From the NCBI RefSeq assembly GCF_001194135.2, contig NC_068987.1, forward strand, positions 43,086,625-43,146,639: a DNA stretch of 60,015 bases. The letters are read 5' to 3'. The translations under genes were made by a program, and so were the position numbers. Origin of the DNA: Octopus bimaculoides. Its lineage: Eukaryota. Below the pieces are notes generated by a model, which made no database searches, was not told the DNA's origin, and saw nothing but the letters and a program-made list of their open reading frames with translations. Shown in pieces: positions 36,563 to 50,769 of the stretch (its first letter is position 1; each line of letters begins with the position of its first letter).

Positions 36563-39500
36563 TCAAGTTTCTTGACTTGCTTGATGATTCACTTTCTTTC
36601 GAAAATAATCTTTTAAAAAACACAATGCAATCAGTGTTTTACCAGACAAACTTGTCCTAATTTTTGTGTTGAAAAGTCCAGTAACTGAAAAAGCTCTTTC
36701 CGGCTGGACACTAGTCGCTTTAATTGTAAGCAATGCTCTATAAAGTTTCTCGAGCTTTTCACTTCTGTTGGAAGTTGCTTCAAAATATTCGAATTTTTTA
36801 GAGATTTCAAATCCATCTGTCACTATCTTGGGCTCTTAATTCATTTTCTTCATTGCACTTGTGTATTCACGCATGAGTTCATTACCTTCGTAAGTAGATG
36901 GGACAACAGTAACACTTGTTTTAGGTTCCCTCCAATTTCATTTTCTTTGTATAATTATGTTGTGTTCTCAGCGTCATGTTCAGGAAATAATCTCCTATAT
37001 GTTTGTTCAGCATACTTCCTTAAGTGTTGTTTCGTTAAAAAAAGAAAAGGTCCAGAAATTGGTTTACCTTTAAACTTCTTTGAGTTATGTAAATACCGCA
37101 AGAGAGTCAAGGTTTCGACATTTCTTCTCTTATTATATCTATGAATAAGTCTTTCACGAAGACTTAGAGCCAAAGGGTTGCCGACGATATTAAGTTTATT
37201 CAATAAAAATTCTATAGAATATTCCGCTTTCAGTAAGTCTCATCGGTTGAGCAATATTTTCAATATTTTTTTGATAGAGAATGTCGATCACAGACAGATG
37301 TATGCAATGTGTGAGACATTGTTGGTGATCAGGTCTTATTTCTTTTCCGAATTTCACCATCATAGAAGCATCATCCGTCGTACAGTGCAAATAGCCTTCA
37401 AAATAATTTCTGCAGGATGCAGAATTTCATATAGTAAATCGAGAGATTTCCATTCTTCGTCAGCCACGGCATCTGTGGAAAGTACTGCTCGTAGAGCATT
37501 TGGAATGCAGCTTTTCAATTTCAAAAATCTCTCAATCATATGGAATGTGCTATTCCACCTAGTTCTGCAATCCAGTATAAGTTTATATTCTCTGCTATCA
37601 AAGTTCGCTCGTACAAAATCTTGCAAAATTTCGTTTTTTGTAGGAGATTTACGGAAAAGTTTTGAACTTTTTTAAAACTTTGTTAAATTCAAGTTTTAGC
37701 TGGGGAAAACAAGCATTTTCGTGAGCCAAATCTGTTTGAAAAAGTATGTCTTGTTGGCTTATGTCAGCTTCATCATCACTATCGTCTGTTATAGCGATCT
37801 CTTCACTTTTTTTTATCAGTCTCATCGGTTGAGCAATATTTTCAATATTTTTTTGATAGAGAATGTCGATCACAGACAGATGTATGCAATGTGTGAGACA
37901 TTGTTGGTGATCAGGTCTTATTTCTTTTCCGAATTTCACCATCATAGAAGCATCATCCGTCGTACAGCCAACAATGTGTATGTAATAGAACGACCGTGCG
38001 AACCAAAGGAGAGTGGCGACTAGACGGAAAAGGCTCCTTTTAACCTGTCGCACGGTCGAACACAAAAAACATAATATATCTAACATGGAAGGCTCGTCGT
38101 GAGAGATACGAGCCAAGTGCCAGTAAAATAACAGAGAGAGTGACAGACACAACCGTTAAATATATAAAGAGAGTAAGTTTATTAACATAGTGAAACTAGA
38201 GTGTCTGTGTGTGCGTGCATGCGGCATATATAAATAACACAATACATAAGTCAGGCCTTCGTGTACAAGAGTATGTATACAACAATATGAAATAGCGAAC
38301 AGTCGTATAAGCAATAGTGTGTGTACAATATGTGAGAGTACAAGTGTGTGTGTGTGAGTGAGAGGAACACAGAACATAGAAAGAGTGTCTGTAACATAGA
38401 CTGCAAAAGGTCTTAAACACTGAGATTGAGAAAACCTGTTCGTATAAGAGTTACACAAGATATACAATGTTCATACGCAGGAAGTGGTGGCCAAGGAGCA
38501 GAGCTGTGGTATCACAATATGTGTGTTGAGCGTCGATGCTGCGACCGGTTATCTGGTATAGAATATTCTCGCTGGTTAGTTCTAACTGTTGTTCGTGGTG
38601 GAAATAATCCACTCATACAGCGTCGAGATAAAACCGCGAATGTTGATGTTGGTGTGTACTCTGGTGGTAGGGTTGCTGGCGACGACATTGGTAGACAGTA
38701 CATTGGTGGTGAAGACGTCGCTGGAAACTGCCTGGAGCTGTGTTCTGTATGGGTGGTCAGCGACCAGACCTGTGAGAAGTCTGAAATCGAAGACGACTGG
38801 CGTCGCTGGATCGGGCTTATTTATGGATGAAATAGGGCTCACCGGAAACCCAGAAAAACTCTCTCTCACGTGACCTTATCTGAAGGCCACGATTGGACGG
38901 TATGCACCCTGGCGCGAAGCNNNNNNNNNNNNNNNNNNNNNNNNNNNNNNNNNNNNNNNNNNNNNNNNNNNNNNNNNNNNNNNNNNNNNNNNNNNNNNNN
39001 NNNNNNNNNNNNNNNNNNNNNNNNNNNNNNNNNNNNNNNNNNNNNNNNNNNNNNNNNNNNNNNNNNNNNNNNNNNNNNNNNNNNNNNNNNNNNNNNNNNN
39101 NNNNNNNNNNNNNNNNNNNNNNNNNNNNNNNNNNNNNNNNNNNNNNNNNNNNNNNNNNNNNNNNNNNNNNNNNNNNNNNNNNNNNNNNNNNNNNNNNNNN
39201 NNNNNNNNNNNNNNNNNNNNNNNNNNNNNNNNNNNNNNNNNNNNNNNNNNNNNNNNNNNNNNNNNNNNNNNNNNNNNNNNNNNNNNNNNNNNNNNNNNNN
39301 NNNNNNNNNNNNNNNNNNNNNNNNNNNNNNNNNNNNNNNNNNNNNNNNNNNNNNNNNNNNNNNNNNNNNNNNNNNNNNNNNNNNNNNNNNNNNNNNNNNN
39401 NNNNNNNNNNNNNNNNNNNNNNNNNNNNNNNNNNNNNNNNNNNNNNNNNNNNNNNNNNNNNNNNNNNNNNNNNNNNNNNNTGGCGATTGAATTGAAAGAG

Positions 39501-39763
39501 AATCCATCCATAACAGCTAACTTTGAAATTTCTTCTTCCATTGATTTCTTTGTTAAAAAGTGTTCCATTGTTCTTGTCATCTTCACAGGAGGCTGGTTTG
39601 CATCTTGATTTATGTCGATTTTATGAATTTTCTTCAAGTGCAAAATCAAAGACGTAGTAGATCCTCCAGAAGACTTCATGATCTTATCACACTTATTGCA
39701 TTGAGCTTCATCTTTGTTTTTCCTATTGAAAAAATTCCAAACAGTTGATTTTCTTTTTATCAT
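36563..39763 (-). pseudogene. hAT transposase remnant, interrupted by an LTR and a gap
   Basis: BED finger (STVWNFF..AQCNKC...TTSL..HL...H), CTTDDAS, C..H.IHL, TRWNST and the C-terminal dimerisation motif ATSVQPERAFS; multiple stops and frameshifts. Confidence 0.9.
37981..38920 (-). mobile_element. Long LTR (relative of 51382-53296) inserted in the hAT transposase; 5' end in the gap
   Basis: The minus-strand end ...ttcgcacggtcgttctattaCA matches the ends at 28397 and 53296; CCAAT/GGTCACGTG promoter module at 38867-38896. Confidence 0.75.
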
Positions 39764-40097
39764 GCTAGAGCTAATGAAAATAATTAAGAAAAAATTTAGT
39801 CAGTGTTACTTCCTTGAAATGAATCTGGAACTGGTAATTACATATGCTCAACGGGAAAGATCACCTGACTGAAGACTATTATATTTCCACATTTGATTTC
39901 CAATTTTAATACTTTTTATGATATTTTACGTCTAATTATTTCCTTGTATAATAGTGTTCACTTGGTTAGTAAATATTGCTTTCATTATTTTATCAATCAT
40001 AATCCCTCATTTTTAAAGAGTCAATCTGTTATATATATTTATCATTAATAATTGGTAAAACTCACATTAATAATTGATAGAATTTACATAGGTGTGC

Positions 40098-40111
40098 ACA
40101 TATATATATGC

Positions 40112-40175
<64 letters not shown>

Positions 40176-40355
40176 NNNNNNNNNNNNNNNNNNNNNNNNN
40201 NNNNNNNNNNNNNNNNNNNNNNNNNNNNNNNNNNNNNNNNNNNNNNNGATAGAGAGCGGAAGAAAGAGAGAGAGAGAGAGAGGAAGAAAGAGAGAGAGAG
40301 AGAGAGAGAGGAAGAAAGAGAGAGAGAGAGAGAGAGAGAGGAAGAAAGAGAGCGA
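40098..40355. repeat. Compound (TA)n(GA)n microsatellite with gap
   Basis: Directly visible. Confidence 0.95.
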
Positions 40356-40559
40356 GAGAAAAAGCAATAACGAGTGAATGAGAATAACGACGGAAGGGTT
40401 AAAATAGCGTAAAAATAATTGAAGATAAAATGAAACAATTGAAGCCAAAACATTAAAAATTATTGAAAGTGGGTAGAAATAAACACTGCGTAGTGTAGTA
40501 ATACTACGCTAGGGTATCTGTAGAAAGTTGAATGTGATTTCGGAATATAACGAGGAAAA

Positions 40560-40870
40560 ATTCGGATCTTGGGAATTTTCCGAAAGTCCTCTCCCCACCT
40601 CAAGATTTTCCCTACGAATTACTTTATAATCGTAATGTATGCCGTTTGAAAAGTATTTTTTTAAACTTTCAATAAAAAGAAAAAACACATTTTCTTAACA
40701 GTTACAAAGGAAAACTTGGATCTTGTGAATTTTCCGAAGTTCTCTCCCCAACCCCTTGGAAAATATTTTCCCCACAAATTACTTTATAATCGTAATGTAT
40801 GCTGTTTGAAAGGTGTTTATATAAAATTTCATTGAAAAATCCCCATTTCCTACACATTTTTTTACACCCA
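40560..40870. repeat. Two diverged tandem copies of a ~155-bp unit (possible hAT subterminal region)
   Basis: ggatcttg(g/t)gaattttccgaa...ctctcccca...aattactttataatcgtaatgtatgc occurs at ~40564 and again at ~40718. Confidence 0.75.
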
Positions 40871-41499
40871 TTACCCTATTTTTTTTCTGATTTTTGTTTC
40901 CGGGTCAAGTTGTAAACATTAACCAAAATAAGCACTGGGGTCGATTCGTTCGACTAAAGCTCTTCAAGGCAATGCCCCAGCATAGCCACAGTCTAATGAC
41001 TAAAACAAGTAGAAGATAGAAGATATAGTGACGGGAACAATTAATAACCAAATAATATAGTTTTTATTCCAACAGAATTTATGATGTGATGATATCATTT
41101 TAATTTATTGTCTGAAATACTCTAATAAACAGCAAGAATTTGATGTTTTGCGATGAAAGTATCTCGATCAGGATATCATAATTCTAAATTAATCGATCAG
41201 TTATGCTTGTCGAAGTACTTTCATTGCCATTCGCAACTTTATCAATAACATGCTCTCTCTATTATAGGTCAACTTCATGTCTAATATTTTCCGTTCAGTC
41301 AGTGATGATTCAAATATATAAGAATTCTTTACCTCTTAGGCACAACCTATGGTATAATCTCGATAATTACTGTACTTCAACCAGCGATTAACCATACATC
41401 TTGATTTAAGCAAGCACCGGTAGTTCATGCTATTTAAATACAACCTTAATTTGTGGTTAACTCCCCGTATAACGCACACTCACTTTATCAGTTATAAAC

Positions 41500-41795
41500 A
41501 TGAACGTTGCTGTCAGTCGACACATGTACTTTTATCTTCGAAAAAACTGGCGAATTGTATTTTTAAAAAAGTTTTACAGGAAACTTTCTTCTCCCTCTTC
41601 TACTGATCAGAATCCAGACCGATTTTATTCATTAATTAAGAAACTTACCGAAATTTCTACTGATCATTTAACTCCCGAAATCCAATTAAGACTTATCACT
41701 TCCAATTGTTATCTATGGCACTCTAAAGTGGAAGATTGTCCATTCTCCGATCCATATTGGGCATTTTACTGGCCCGGAGGTCAATCATTAGCGAG
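41500..41795 (+). CDS. ETFBKMT: ETF beta-subunit lysine methyltransferase (METTL20), first coding exon
   Basis: LTPEIQLRLIT..C..W......PFSDPYWAFYWPGGQSLAR matches the recalled METTL20 N-terminal signature; basic N-terminus compatible with a mitochondrial presequence; ends at donor AG|GTGAGT (41796). Downstream exons were not found in the window. Confidence 0.9.
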
Positions 41796-42859
41796 GTGAG
41801 TTAAAGATCGGACTGGTATTTATTCATTGCTATATTATTCAATTTGCAGTATATTGTTCTCCCAATCTACAAGTTATCGATAATGTTGAGAATATAAGGA
41901 GGAAACAAATGTCAATCAATTTGATTTTTATGTTTTTCTCAAGCTGCAATAAAATGTGGATCTCAACATTAATCGAGAGTCCTACTCCTGTCATGTTTAA
42001 AAATAAACACTACTAGGTTGTCTACCTTACATACATACACGAACATCTAGTGTATCGCTTGTAGGGGATTTAAATGTTGGTAATTAGTTAAATACACAAA
42101 CATAACTAAACCCCGCCCCAGTGTGTGTGTGTGTGTGTGTGTTGTTTAACCACAAAGTTAGGCATAACTGAGCTAAGGCATTTCAGCTATGCATTTTGCC
42201 ATCTTTTTTTTTTTTTTTATCAATTGTCTTTTCTTTCATAAAATGACATTCAAAATGAGATTTGGCTGCTATTTCTAGCAGGTCCACCAGGATCCTCTGC
42301 CAGTTTACCACACACGTAGTCTGTGGTGTATGTTTATGTATGTATGTATGTATTTTTTTTTTTACTTGTTTCAGTCATTTGACTTCGACCATGCTGGAGC
42401 ACCGCCTTAGGTCGAGCAAATCAACCCCAGGACTTATTCTTTGTAAGTCTAGTACTTATNNNNNNNNNNNNNNNNNNNNNNNNNNNNNNNNNNNNNNNNN
42501 NNNNNNNNNNNNNNNNNNNNNNNNNNNNNNNNNNNNNNNNNNNNNNNNNNNNNNNNNNNGAAAAAAAAAAAAAAGATGAGCTAGTGAAAGTGAGAGAGAG
42601 TAGAGGGAAGTTGTTTGTATCATAATAGCCGATTGTTTTTCTCCCTCTGGCCCTTTACCTCTAAGTGTCTGCCTGGCGGTCGCTTCTCACTAACTGTTCC
42701 TTATGGAATTTAAGTACTTATAAATATGCAGACTAGCTAGAAAAAGAGGTATATAGCGGAGAACAATAGGCAGCTCGATGTAGGTCGCCCTTATCTAATT
42801 TTAACTTTAGATGGCATAGAAGAGGTTAAAAGTCAATTGGAAAACACGTAAATTGACTT

Positions 42860-43590
42860 GGCAAAGCCATGTGTTGAATTTCACTCCTGTCAACTATTGT
42901 TTTTCTGTGAGAAAAATGCTGTTGAAATGTTAAGGGAAATTTGCTGATTCAGGTTCGAATCTACTCCATGCCTAAATGAAGTCACTACATTGTTTTACCC
43001 TCCAGAGAGCTTCTAAGAAAAAGAAATGAATGATCTAGGAAGAGAAAGAAATGCATGGCTGACGAAATATTTTCATATCAGGTGTCGCTTTGCATGTATA
43101 AATGTACAGTCAGTGACTGGGCAGTGCAGGAATGAGTTAGCGCATCGTTCAGCACAATGGTTGGACAAAGACAAGCCATCAAAACACAGTCCAAAAGGCA
43201 AAATTCATCAAAAGAAGCTGATGGTGTGTTTGGTGGTTTGGTGCAGGTGTCATCCATTAGGATTTCATTAAACTTGGCTCATCAATCACGGCCAAAGTAT
43301 ACTGCAGCCAACTGAACCAAATGATGCAGAAACTTACAAAAAAACAGCCTAGATTAGTTAACAGATCCACACCTATTTTATTGCAAGACAATGCCAGACC
43401 ACACATTGCAAAAATGACATTGACGAAACTACAGGAGTTGGTGTTGGATGTTCTCCATCATCCACCATACTCACCTGATCTTGCCCCCACTGACTACCAC
43501 TTCTTTCAGAACTTGGATAAGTTTTTGATGGGAAAAAATTTAATTCTGATGATGCTGTAAAACAGACCTTCCAAGATTTTATTGACCATA
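42860..43590 (+). mobile_element. Degenerate mariner
   Basis: QWLDKD, HQKKLMV, LLQDNARPH and YSPDLAPTDYHFF. Confidence 0.85.
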
Positions 43591-45253
43591 TGTGATTTGA
43601 GGGAGATTTAGTTTCTATTTCTAGTAGGTTCAGTGAATGTACAAGCCTCTCTTTATTATAGTTATCATTTAACATTTCTACTCCATGCTGGTTCAACAGG
43701 ATCTATTAACTGGAGGTTTGCATCAAGCTCCAGTAACTGTTTTGGCATGTTTTTTATTGTTGGATACTCTTACTAATGACAACCACTTTATACAGTGAAC
43801 TGGGTGTTTCTGTTTTTCTTTCGTGGCACTAGCACTTGTGAGGTCACCTTGCATCCTTCAAGTCTAAGAGCCTAAAGTTACCTCTATAACTGAAGAACAA
43901 GAAAGAGGTTGCAATAATTTTGAGGGAAGGTGAAGTAAGGTGCAGTCGTGGTTGTGTGGTTAGAAGTTTTCTTCTCAACTACATGGTTCTGGGTTCACTC
44001 CTACTGTGTAGCACCTTGGGTAAGTGTCTTCTGCTATAACCTTGGCCTAACCAAATTCTGAGTGGATTTGGTAAACAGAAGCTAAATACGCACACACACA
44101 TATATGTAAAAAAATATAATTAAGATTCAGTTGAATTAGGTACTTAAATTGAGGTACCTTGCCAGTTCAGTATAGTCTGCACAGCTCCAAGTTAGGTGAA
44201 CAATGTAAATAAGTAATAAGGATGTACAGGTGTCAATACTTTACAGACATTTCAAGTGGCTCCATGTAATTGATAAATGAAAACATTACATCANNNNNNN
44301 NNNTACAGGTGTCAATACTTTACAGACATTTCAAGTGGCTCCATGTAATTGATAAATGAAAACATTACATCAATTTGAAAGAAACTGCTCTCTCCAGATG
44401 CAGATGACCATATTGTGCTCCAAGTTAGGTGAACAATGTAAATAAGTAATAAGGATGTACAGGTGTCAATGCTTTACAGACATTTCAAGTGGCTCCATGT
44501 AATTGATAAATGAAAACATTACATCAATTTGAAAGAAACTGCTCTCTCCAGATGCAGATGACCATATAGATTTCAAACACAAAGGCTAAACCATTTTTAA
44601 CTAATTTGCATCAATAATAAAAAACAAAATAATTACATTGTTTTCTTATATTACAACTGTGGCAGAATGATTTTAGAAAATAATGCATATCTTACTNNNN
44701 NNNNNNNNNNNNNNNNNNNNNNNNNNNNNNNNNNNNNNNNNNNNNNNNNNNNNNNNNNNNNNNNNNNNNNNNNNNNNNNNNNNNNNNNNNNNNNNNNNNN
44801 NNNNNNNNNNNNNNNNNNNNNNNNNNNNNNNNNNNNNNNNNNNNNNNNNNNNNNNNNNNNNNNNNNNNNNNNNNNNNNNNNNNNNNNNNNNNNNNNNNNN
44901 NNNNNNNNNNNNNNNNNNNNNNNNNNNNNNNNNNNNNNNNNNNNNNNNNNNNNNNNNNNNNNNNNNNNNNNNNNNNNNNNNNNNNNNNNNNNNNNNNNNN
45001 NNNNNNNNNNNNNNNNNNNNNNNNNNNNNNNNNNNNNNNNNNNNNNNNNNNNNNNNNNNNNNNNNNNNNNNNNNNNNNNNNNNNNNNNNNNNNNNNNNNN
45101 NNNNNNNNNNNNNNNNNNNNNNNNNNNNNNNNNNNNNNNNNNNNNNNNNNNNNNNNNNNNNNNNNNNNNNNNNNNNNNNNNNNNNNNNNNNNNNNNNNNN
45201 NNNNNNNNNNNNNNNNNNNNNNNNNNNNNNNNNNNNNNNNNNNNNNNNNNNNN

Positions 45254-45296
<43 letters not shown>

Positions 45297-45304
45297 ATGA
45301 GTTT

Positions 45305-45510
45305 GTGTATGTTCCCCACCACCGCTTGACAACTGGTGTTGGTGTGTTTACATCCCCATAACTTAGCAGTTCAGCGAAGAGAGAATGATAGAATAAATAT
45401 CAGCTTTAAAAAGAAAATAAGTGTTGGGGTTGGTTCATTCGACTTAAATTCCTCTAGGTGGTGTCCCGTATGGCTGCAGTCTAATGACTGAAACAAGTAA
45501 AAGATAGAAA
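45305..45510 (+). mobile_element. SINE 3' half
   Basis: accgcttgacaactggtgttggtgtgtttac...gtctaatgactgaaacaagtaaaaga. Confidence 0.8.
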
Positions 45511-46129
45511 ATAAGATGAGAGGTACACATTTATATCCGTGAAAGGGTGCTAGAGGAGAGAGTAAAAGAGTAGACACTATTGGGAGAGAGTGTGTGGCTG
45601 AGGACAAAAGGAAGGGGAGAGATTCGTGTCAGAGTTAGAAATGGAGAGACAGAGTGGTAAGGAGATATAGGTGGGGGTCCAGAGCTATCTTACATTATAA
45701 CGCAAAACTAGATGGAAGGTGTGAGGGAAAAGGAGACAAGAAAGAGAGAAGTGAATGAGGGTAGTGAAGGATCTGGAAAATGACTGAAAGAGAGAAATGG
45801 TTGTAGTGCCAACCAGGTATTTGACTTATGATATTTAAAATCAAATGTATGCACTGACTGGCATAAAGTCACAGACATGCTGCAGCCTCTAATCTGCAAA
45901 CATGCTGACTCACCTCTCTACTATTGTAATCTTGAATGGGTTTCAATGCAGGAGCTGTATACCGGAGCTTCAATGAAACTCTTGTTTCTCCTTAGTCTTG
46001 CTCCAATATGACTTTCATTGTTGGTTTCAAGCACCTTTTATACCTTTTTTCTGTTGCGCCCTGCTTCCATGTTCTTGGTGCAACACCTCCAGTCATTAAT
46101 TAGTGTTTTTTATATATGTATTTGTTAAA

Positions 46130-48200
46130 CCTGGAGGGTAGTTGACGTCTATGACTTGACCTACGAACTTCAAGACCAGCTGGTGTTTCTGATGTACTGG
46201 GAGAGACAGCAGTATCATGCAGTAGAGAATCATGAGTAAGTGATGCCTCAGATGATCCAGGAATTTACTTGGCATTTCAAATAACTCAAAAACTTCAGGT
46301 ATTCCAGGAGTAGGGGGAATCTCAGCTGCTGTAACCAGTATTTCAGCTGACTTGGTTGGAAGCTTCAGAGTTTGAGCTACATGTCATTCTAACAAGTTTC
46401 CACTCACTTGTATTTCAAAATTTATGGCTTTCAAATGATGGTTTATAGTAACTTCCACCTGGTGTTTGTTAGTTCTAAAATATCATACAAGAACACTATC
46501 GTTCTTTTTTTAAATGTACACAAATGTAATATCTCGTCCTTTGTTCCATATTATATTGACCTTCACTCCAAGAACTCAATGAATATCAGGTTTCAGTAGG
46601 TGAAGAGTGATCCATAAGTGATGTTTGAACAATTTAGCAGAAGTTCCAATTAGTTGTTGGAAACGAAACAAGTCTTAAAAAGTGCAAGTTAATTCTGAGT
46701 ATCCCTTTCTAGCCCACTTTCATCTTCCTTATTGTCTCTTTGAATGTGCAAACAGTGCCCTCAGTTGGCCATTAGAAGAGTGGATGATATGGAGCAGTGA
46801 ATAAATGTATTAACAATTTAAACTCTTCACAAATGAAATGTCACCTGCTAATATCACAGGCTGACCATGAGCAGTAAAACTTCTCCCAATTTCTCCACTG
46901 TGGGCAGCTGCAAAATTTATGATATACACCAACAACAGTTAAGAATGGACCAGCAAAGTCTACATGTATTCTTTCACATTTCTAACTCAGATACTCCCAG
47001 GGATGAATTGGAACATATTTTCAACTGAATGCATACAAGCCTTACATGCCATTTCAATCTCAGCATCCAAATATGGCCATCACATTGCATCAAGCAAGAA
47101 AATTTCAAGTGTGTTATTCCTATGTGGATCTGGTGTAGCTCCTGCAACACCATCAATTTTTTTCATTTGGCTTCATTTCAGCAATTACATTGTAATATCC
47201 CCAGCCGTTCATTGTTAATTCATATAACCTACTCAGAACAGGATCTTTTCTGGTCTCTGAACACACTTCAGCCACAGTAACTAATCAAATCCATTACATG
47301 AACTTTGTTTCCTGAAGTGGAACAATCTTCCACTGGTAGACAACTAAGATTATTAGTATTACCATTAGAGGATCCAAGAAATTATTTTGTTTTCAGCAAA
47401 CAGTCCTAGTAGTGGTTTATGATCAGTTTAAAGAGTGAAAAAAATATATAGATATTGGGAAACATTTTTTATTGTAAACAACAGTGCAAATCTTTCTTTC
47501 TCTATGCAGGCCTAATTTGTCTCTGCAACAGGTAGCTTACATGAAGTGTAACACATAGGCTTTTCACTCCCATTATCCATTTTATGTGCTATTTTTACTC
47601 CTATTGCATTAGGAGAAGTAGCTACATATATGCAGATTGGCTTGGTGAGATGAGGTAGGTCACTAAAGGTGTAGAACACAAAGTATTCTTGGTAACTTGG
47701 AAAGCCATTTCTTGTTCTGTGCCTCAATTGGTTCATTGGTTCAATGGCTATTGACAAATTTGGTAAATTATAATTATTCAACACCCCATGGTAAGGTTTC
47801 AACACAGTAGCATTTGAGATAGGGCAGGAGTAGGTAGGAGCCTCTTGTATTGCAGTAACTCACACTGGAAAGAGAACTATGTCTTTCTTACTGATTCTAA
47901 AACTAATGTAGGTCACTTCTAAAAGGAACTGGCATTTAGTCTCTTTAAAGTCCTGCCTAATCTAATATAGACAATACTCTCCAAAGGTTCATAAGGTGAC
48001 TGATATCATTAATTCCTTAAACTAAAATATCATCAATCTCACACTTTATAGAATGGAATGTCTTTCAGCTGCTTATCCATTTCCTGTTGAAAGATTTCTG
48101 TAGCACAATGTACCCTGAATTGTAAGTGAGTATGTTTGTAGAGACCACGGTAAGTATTAACAGTATGCAGCTCTTGTATTTCATCATCTAACTCAGTGTT
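46130..48200 (-). mobile_element. Old Gypsy pol remnant
   Basis: RNase H-like CIYVATSPNAIGVKIAHKMDNGSEKPMCYTSCKL; integrase zinc-finger-like LQELHQIHIGI and RIHVDFAGPF; C-terminal RRS.R..P motif. Confidence 0.75.
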
Positions 48201-50769
48201 TCTCAATCATTTTTTTATCTATGGACCCCTTTGATTTCTGTTTTACTCAAATGGACCATCCTAGCTATTCAATGTTAAAAAAATCATATTATATTTTTAT
48301 AATTAGATATCGTGTAAAAAAATTGGTAAATTATTTTGTACACTGTAGAAGTTATAACCAATTTATTGCAGATAAATTTTAACAAAACCTTATGTGGACC
48401 TCATTTAAGAATTACTGATCTAACTCAAAATGCATGACACAACAAATCAAGCTTACTAAATTTTACACCTTTTAAGGTAGCTAACAAAGTATATAAACAA
48501 TTTTAATTATAGTTCTTTCATTGTCCCCACATAATCTGACAACACCAGCATCGTCTTTGGGCACTAGAACAATGGGGGAGGCCCAATGAGAATATTTGAC
48601 TTTTTTTAATGACACCTTGTCTCTCCAGTTCTAGTTCCTTCTCATTTTGGTCCTTTATTGAATAAGGTACAAGAGGAGTTCTACAGAATCATAATGTTGT
48701 CTTAGCAGCAGGTAACATTACTATTAAATCCTTTGAACAGCTTAGCTTATTGCTAAACATGGATTCAAACTTGGCTCCATCAATTTTAACAGCCTCTCTT
48801 CCCCATCCAAAGGAAATATGGTTCTCCAATTCAAATTGATTTTCTTCATCAAATTTTTACCCAACATCGTGGGAACCTTGCCACACATACACACACATAT
48901 ATATTAATGGTGTACACAAATACATGACAGGTATACATAATACTGAAATACGCATAAAGTAAACACATGCAGACAAATATATTAACATAACAAACTAAAA
49001 AATAATAATGATAACATACAATCAATGAAGAGACAAAAGAAACAGTATGATGATACATGTTGATTTTATTAGGTATTTCTGTTTATTTAGAAACCTACAA
49101 CGAAGAGATCATTTCACAGATGCTAAACTATAAATTTCACAAGGGATAACCTTAAAGTTGACACCACTCTGCTAAACGCAGAAAATTTCTGTCTTATTAT
49201 TGGCTTAAAATACAGTTTGTTTTCGATTTTTAAACCTCTGTAACTTTTCCTCCAATTTTTTTCTCCACAACATCATACCTCCATAGCAATTAGACTGGAA
49301 AACTATATTATTATAGCCGATTTTCAGATTTTTTACTGTCTTTAAAAAAATGCATATTTTGCGAATGAAAAAATAGATTCAACAAAGTTATTTTTCATAA
49401 AACATCATAATTAAACCGATAATTACCAATATTTCAATGTTAGTAACAAGGTAACAAAATTATTGGAGTGGCTATGGAGGATTAGTTATGTCAGTCGAGA
49501 TAATTTTGGCAAGGAAACCTTTCTCGCATAAAATACCAGATCAATGAACAGCCCTGTCACACACAAAAAAAAAATGAGCTTTTATATGGTCACTTGACCG
49601 ACTATAAATAGTAACCAAGTTCCTTCAAATTACTCTCTGCCACCTTAGAAAAGAAAGGTCCATGGTCTGCCTACGTTAGTATATAACTATGTAACGAAAT
49701 GAAATATATCTATTATATACATAACTAATCCCGTCTCGACTGCCTTCGGATGTCTCACAACCAAACAGGATCTAAGGTAAGACAAAAACAACAACAAAAA
49801 AAAGTGGAAGGAGAAAGTATACGACTTATGATCAAAGTTTTTCCAGTTGTGACCAACATCGTCATTTGATTCTGCAGGTGATTCGAAAGTCTAACTGCTA
49901 GATAACAGGTCGGACATCATGAGCGAACCACAACAGTTTCATGTGACCGATCTATTAAGCAACCAATCAACGTGAAACTGTGGTGTGATGTTTTCTAGTA
50001 CTCTATAGCAGACCATTTCTGACACTTTTTAATTGCTGAATATTGAAGGTGGCTGAGCGACGTCGCCGCCATTCTTGTCATCGCAGGCGGCCTAGGACAG
50101 ACAGCCATGGACCTCTGTCGCCTCGTAAATTTGTGCTGTTGACTTCGTATATTTTAGGCTAATCGCATGTTGTCACACAGCTTTCTGTAATTTCAGAGCA
50201 GTTGTCTCTCTCCCAGTGCGTAATTATTATTATTGATTGTAAATGGTAAACAACAAATACCCTTGTGTCCAGCAGTAGATATTTCAGTTAAATTTTCATG
50301 GGTTTCAGTTATTCATGCAGCCAACGAAATATATTATTTACCAGCTCCACATTACACTAACCAGGCAGCCATTGGGACACTCTATTACACAGACAGCAAG
50401 ATGAATTTTGATGTAGATTTGACTAGCAGGTCGTACGACTAAATAGAGACTAACCTCATTAACACAAACTATATTGAATTTGAGGAGTACTGTGTGAAAG
50501 TATGTCTGTCTCACCCTTCTTCTTCTTCTTCTTCTCTCTCCCCTTAATGACCACCAGTATGGTTTCCATAAAGACATATCCTCTGCTAACCTATTTTCCT
50601 CTTGCCTTGGGGGAATTTAGTGAAATAATGTCTCTCGCGATATTAGCAAAATCTTCTATAATATTTGGCTTGCGAATCTCCTTTCGAAACTTCCTACTTA
50701 TGGGTTCCCTCCATCACTTATCTCTAGGATCAATAGCTTCCCACCAGATTGTGAACTGAGATATTTCTG

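Noticed and set aside
37236-37967. Identical 150-bp direct repeat (37236-37385 and 37818-37967) inside the decayed hAT transposase
   Set aside because: Perfect identity in an otherwise degenerate element and a read-like length suggest a mis-assembly or gap-fill; needs long reads before any biological claim.
44170-44570. Apparent three-copy ~155-bp tandem repeat
   Set aside because: Two copies overlap across a 10-N placeholder gap (unmerged contig ends); at most an ordinary two-copy duplication.
48196-48400. cagtgtttctcaa hAT-MITE-like terminus
   Set aside because: No matching opposite TIR was found, so element boundaries cannot be supported.
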